NCBI GenBank assembly: GCA_947625135.1
Contig: CANQNE010000011.1
Span: 370 to 64,369 of the forward strand
DNA length: 64,000 bases
Reading direction: 5' to 3'
Source: an uncultured Lachnospiraceae bacterium
GTDB taxonomy: Bacteria; Bacillota; Clostridia; Lachnospirales; Lachnospiraceae
The notes beneath the pieces were generated by a model, which saw nothing but the letters and a program-made list of their open reading frames with translations, was not told the DNA's origin and did no database searches. The first letter of the stretch is position 1. The number at the start of each line of letters is the position of its first letter. This document shows, piece by piece, positions 62,692 to 64,000 of this stretch. The translations under genes and the position numbers were made by a program.

Positions 62692-63354
62692 ATGAAAAAG
62701 GAAAACAAAAACAACGTTACGGAACTTGTCTTTATTCTGGATCGCAGCGGGTCCATGTCGGGACTGGAGAGTGATACCATTGGTGGTTTTAACTCTCTGA
62801 TCGAAAAGCAGCGAAAACAGGACGGCGAATGTTATGTTTCCACTGTACTGTTTGATCATGTCAGTGAGGTTCTGCATGACAGAGTGAAACTGACGGATGT
62901 GCCCAAAATGACGGAGGCAGATTATACTGTGAGAGGCTGCACAGCGCTGATCGATGCAATCGGCGGAGCTATTCATCACATTGGAAATATTCATAAATAT
63001 GCCCGCCCGGAGGATGTGCCGGCACATACGTTGTTCGTGATCACCACAGACGGAATGGAGAATGCCAGCCGTCACTATTCCAGCGATAAGGTCAAAAAGA
63101 TGATCCAGAAGAAGAAAGAGAAGTACGGATGGGAATTTCTTTTTATCGGCGCCAATATTGATGCCGTTCAGACTGCAGCGCATTATGGGATCGATGGTGA
63201 ACATGCAGTCGATTACCGTGCGGACAAGAAGGGTACACAGGTACTTTACGATACCGTATCAGAAACTGTAGGGATGATGCGTAGCGGCAGACCTGTTACA
63301 GCTGAATGGAGCAAAAAAATAAAAAAAGATTACCACAGCAATGACAGGAAGTGA
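62692..63354 (+). CDS. Cytoplasmic von Willebrand factor A (vWA) domain protein
   Basis: ATG at 62692 after GGAGGG. MIDAS motif LDRSGSMSG and later ITTDGMEN. No signal peptide. Confidence 0.8.
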   Translation: MKKENKNNVTELVFILDRSGSMSGLESDTIGGFNSLIEKQRKQDGECYVSTVLFDHVSEVLHDRVKLTDVPKMTEADYTVRGCTALIDAIGGAIHHIGNIHKYARPEDVPAHTLFVITTDGMENASRHYSSDKVKKMIQKKKEKYGWEFLFIGANIDAVQTAAHYGIDGEHAVDYRADKKGTQVLYDTVSETVGMMRSGRPVTAEWSKKIKKDYHSNDRK

Positions 63355-63502
63355 GGAAACATGATCAATGGCGGTGATTTGGCGGCGTCCATTGCGGAGC
63401 GGATCAGTGCGGACAGGCGGCCATGCAAAAGTAGATGATGTTGGGCAAATGGATTATGCCGAACAAATCATACTAAATACATAGGAATTAAAGGAATTGC
63501 TA

Positions 63503-63531
63503 TTGACAAAACAAAAAACAAAGGATATGAT
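63503..63531 (+). promoter_or_regulatory. Candidate sigma-A promoter of the ECF S-component gene
   Basis: TTGACA, 17 nt, TATGAT. This would give a leader of about 76 nt. Confidence 0.55.
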
Positions 63532-63613
63532 AAATAGCATCCATTGTTGGGAAAGAGAAAAAGGATCATGGATCAGGTCTCAGGGATGGACATGAAATGG
63601 ACAAGGAGGAAGA

Positions 63614-64000
63614 ATGATGAGTAATACAAAGAAACTGGTACTTACAGCGCTTTTTGCGGCGCTGGCATGTGTGGCCACTATGGTGATCCGTATTCCCACA
63701 CCGGGAACCGGCGGCTATATTCATCCGGGAGATGCTATCGTGATTTTATCCGGTATTTTTCTTGGGCCCTTTTACGGAGCGCTGGCAGCCGGGATCGGCT
63801 CCGCCTTTTCCGACCTGCTGGGCGGTTATTTTATTTATGTGCCGATTACCCTGATCATCAAAGGTGCAGTGGCGTTTTTGGCAGGTTATACATATCGGAC
63901 GCTGACAAAGCGGGGCGTGAAGCCGCTGATCTGTGTGGCGCTTGGCGGTGTGATCGACGCGCTGTTGGTGGTGTTCGGTTATTTTGTCTGCGAGATTCCC
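63614..64000 (+). CDS. ECF-transporter S-component-like membrane protein (5' part, runs off the window)
   Basis: SD AAGGAGGA. My translation: MMSNTKKLVLTALFAALACVATMVIRIPTPGTGGYIHPGDAIVILSG..., with several TM segments. Substrate unknown. Confidence 0.6.
   Translation, partial: MMSNTKKLVLTALFAALACVATMVIRIPTPGTGGYIHPGDAIVILSGIFLGPFYGALAAGIGSAFSDLLGGYFIYVPITLIIKGAVAFLAGYTYRTLTKRGVKPLICVALGGVIDALLVVFGYFVCEIP

Noticed and set aside
63361-63435. A 24-codon ORF (MINGGDLAASIAERISADRRPCKSR) right after the vWA gene.
   Set aside because: It is very short, has poor SD spacing and no recognisable features. It may be a relic of a longer gene, but nothing supports calling it.
63532-63613. The leader of the ECF S-component gene, examined for a vitamin riboswitch (THF, preQ1, TPP, FMN).
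   Set aside because: It is only about 76 nt long. It contains ATCCAT/ATGGAT pairing and repeated ATGGA(C/T) words, but none of the conserved cores I know for those classes.

Overview
This 64-kb window looks like a chromosomal segment from an endospore-forming Firmicute, probably Clostridia or Lachnospiraceae-like. That assignment is inferred only from gene content: a complete spoIIIAA-AH operon, murB-rapZ-whiA-crh, hprK, csoR-copA, era-yqzL-recO and prfC. I had no search tools, so every product call rests on motifs I could read in the supplied translations and on start codon and Shine-Dalgarno (SD) inspection. I moved several ORF-track starts to an internal ATG preceded by a good SD.

Most of the window is housekeeping:
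- a GGDEF protein, a hybrid histidine kinase and a polar amino-acid ABC transporter (0.2-6.9 kb)
- ptsH-ptsI
- spoIIIA
- murB-rapZ-whiA-crh
- deoB and prfC
- a GH28-like hydrolase
- a GGGtGRT/IscU-like gene pair
- a cobalamin-riboswitch-controlled uptake locus (35.7-41.6 kb)
- mntP, coaBC and coaX
- csoR-copA
- a LuxR-type regulator with an MBL hydrolase
- tRNA-Ala
- adh, hprK, a DeoR regulator with rhaB, an M16 peptidase, era and recO
- an AT-rich AAA-ATPase gene followed by macro-HTH and vWA genes

The items most worth a second look:
1. The 7.1-13.8 kb locus. It encodes a 1,433-aa secreted protein made of about 32 tandem Cys3-His modules, including three nearly identical 669-bp DNA repeats. 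A lipoprotein and a shorter membrane-anchored paralogue follow, and an XRE regulator is divergently transcribed. I do not recognise the module as a named domain.
2. A conserved, apparently structured leader element found three times. It ends in ACGYTCCGGAATGGAGA-N5-ATG, its stem covaries between copies, and it can form a loop-to-SD-proximal pseudoknot.
3. A candidate ~95-nt sRNA or leaderless micro-ORF in an otherwise empty 400-bp gap.
4. Lipoprotein forms of CbiK and an unknown duplicated-domain protein inside the B12 regulon.
5. An in-frame copA-copZ fusion that keeps an internal SD.
6. Two HPr paralogues with complementary loss of His15 and Ser46.

I saw no CRISPR array, rRNA, transposase or integrase.
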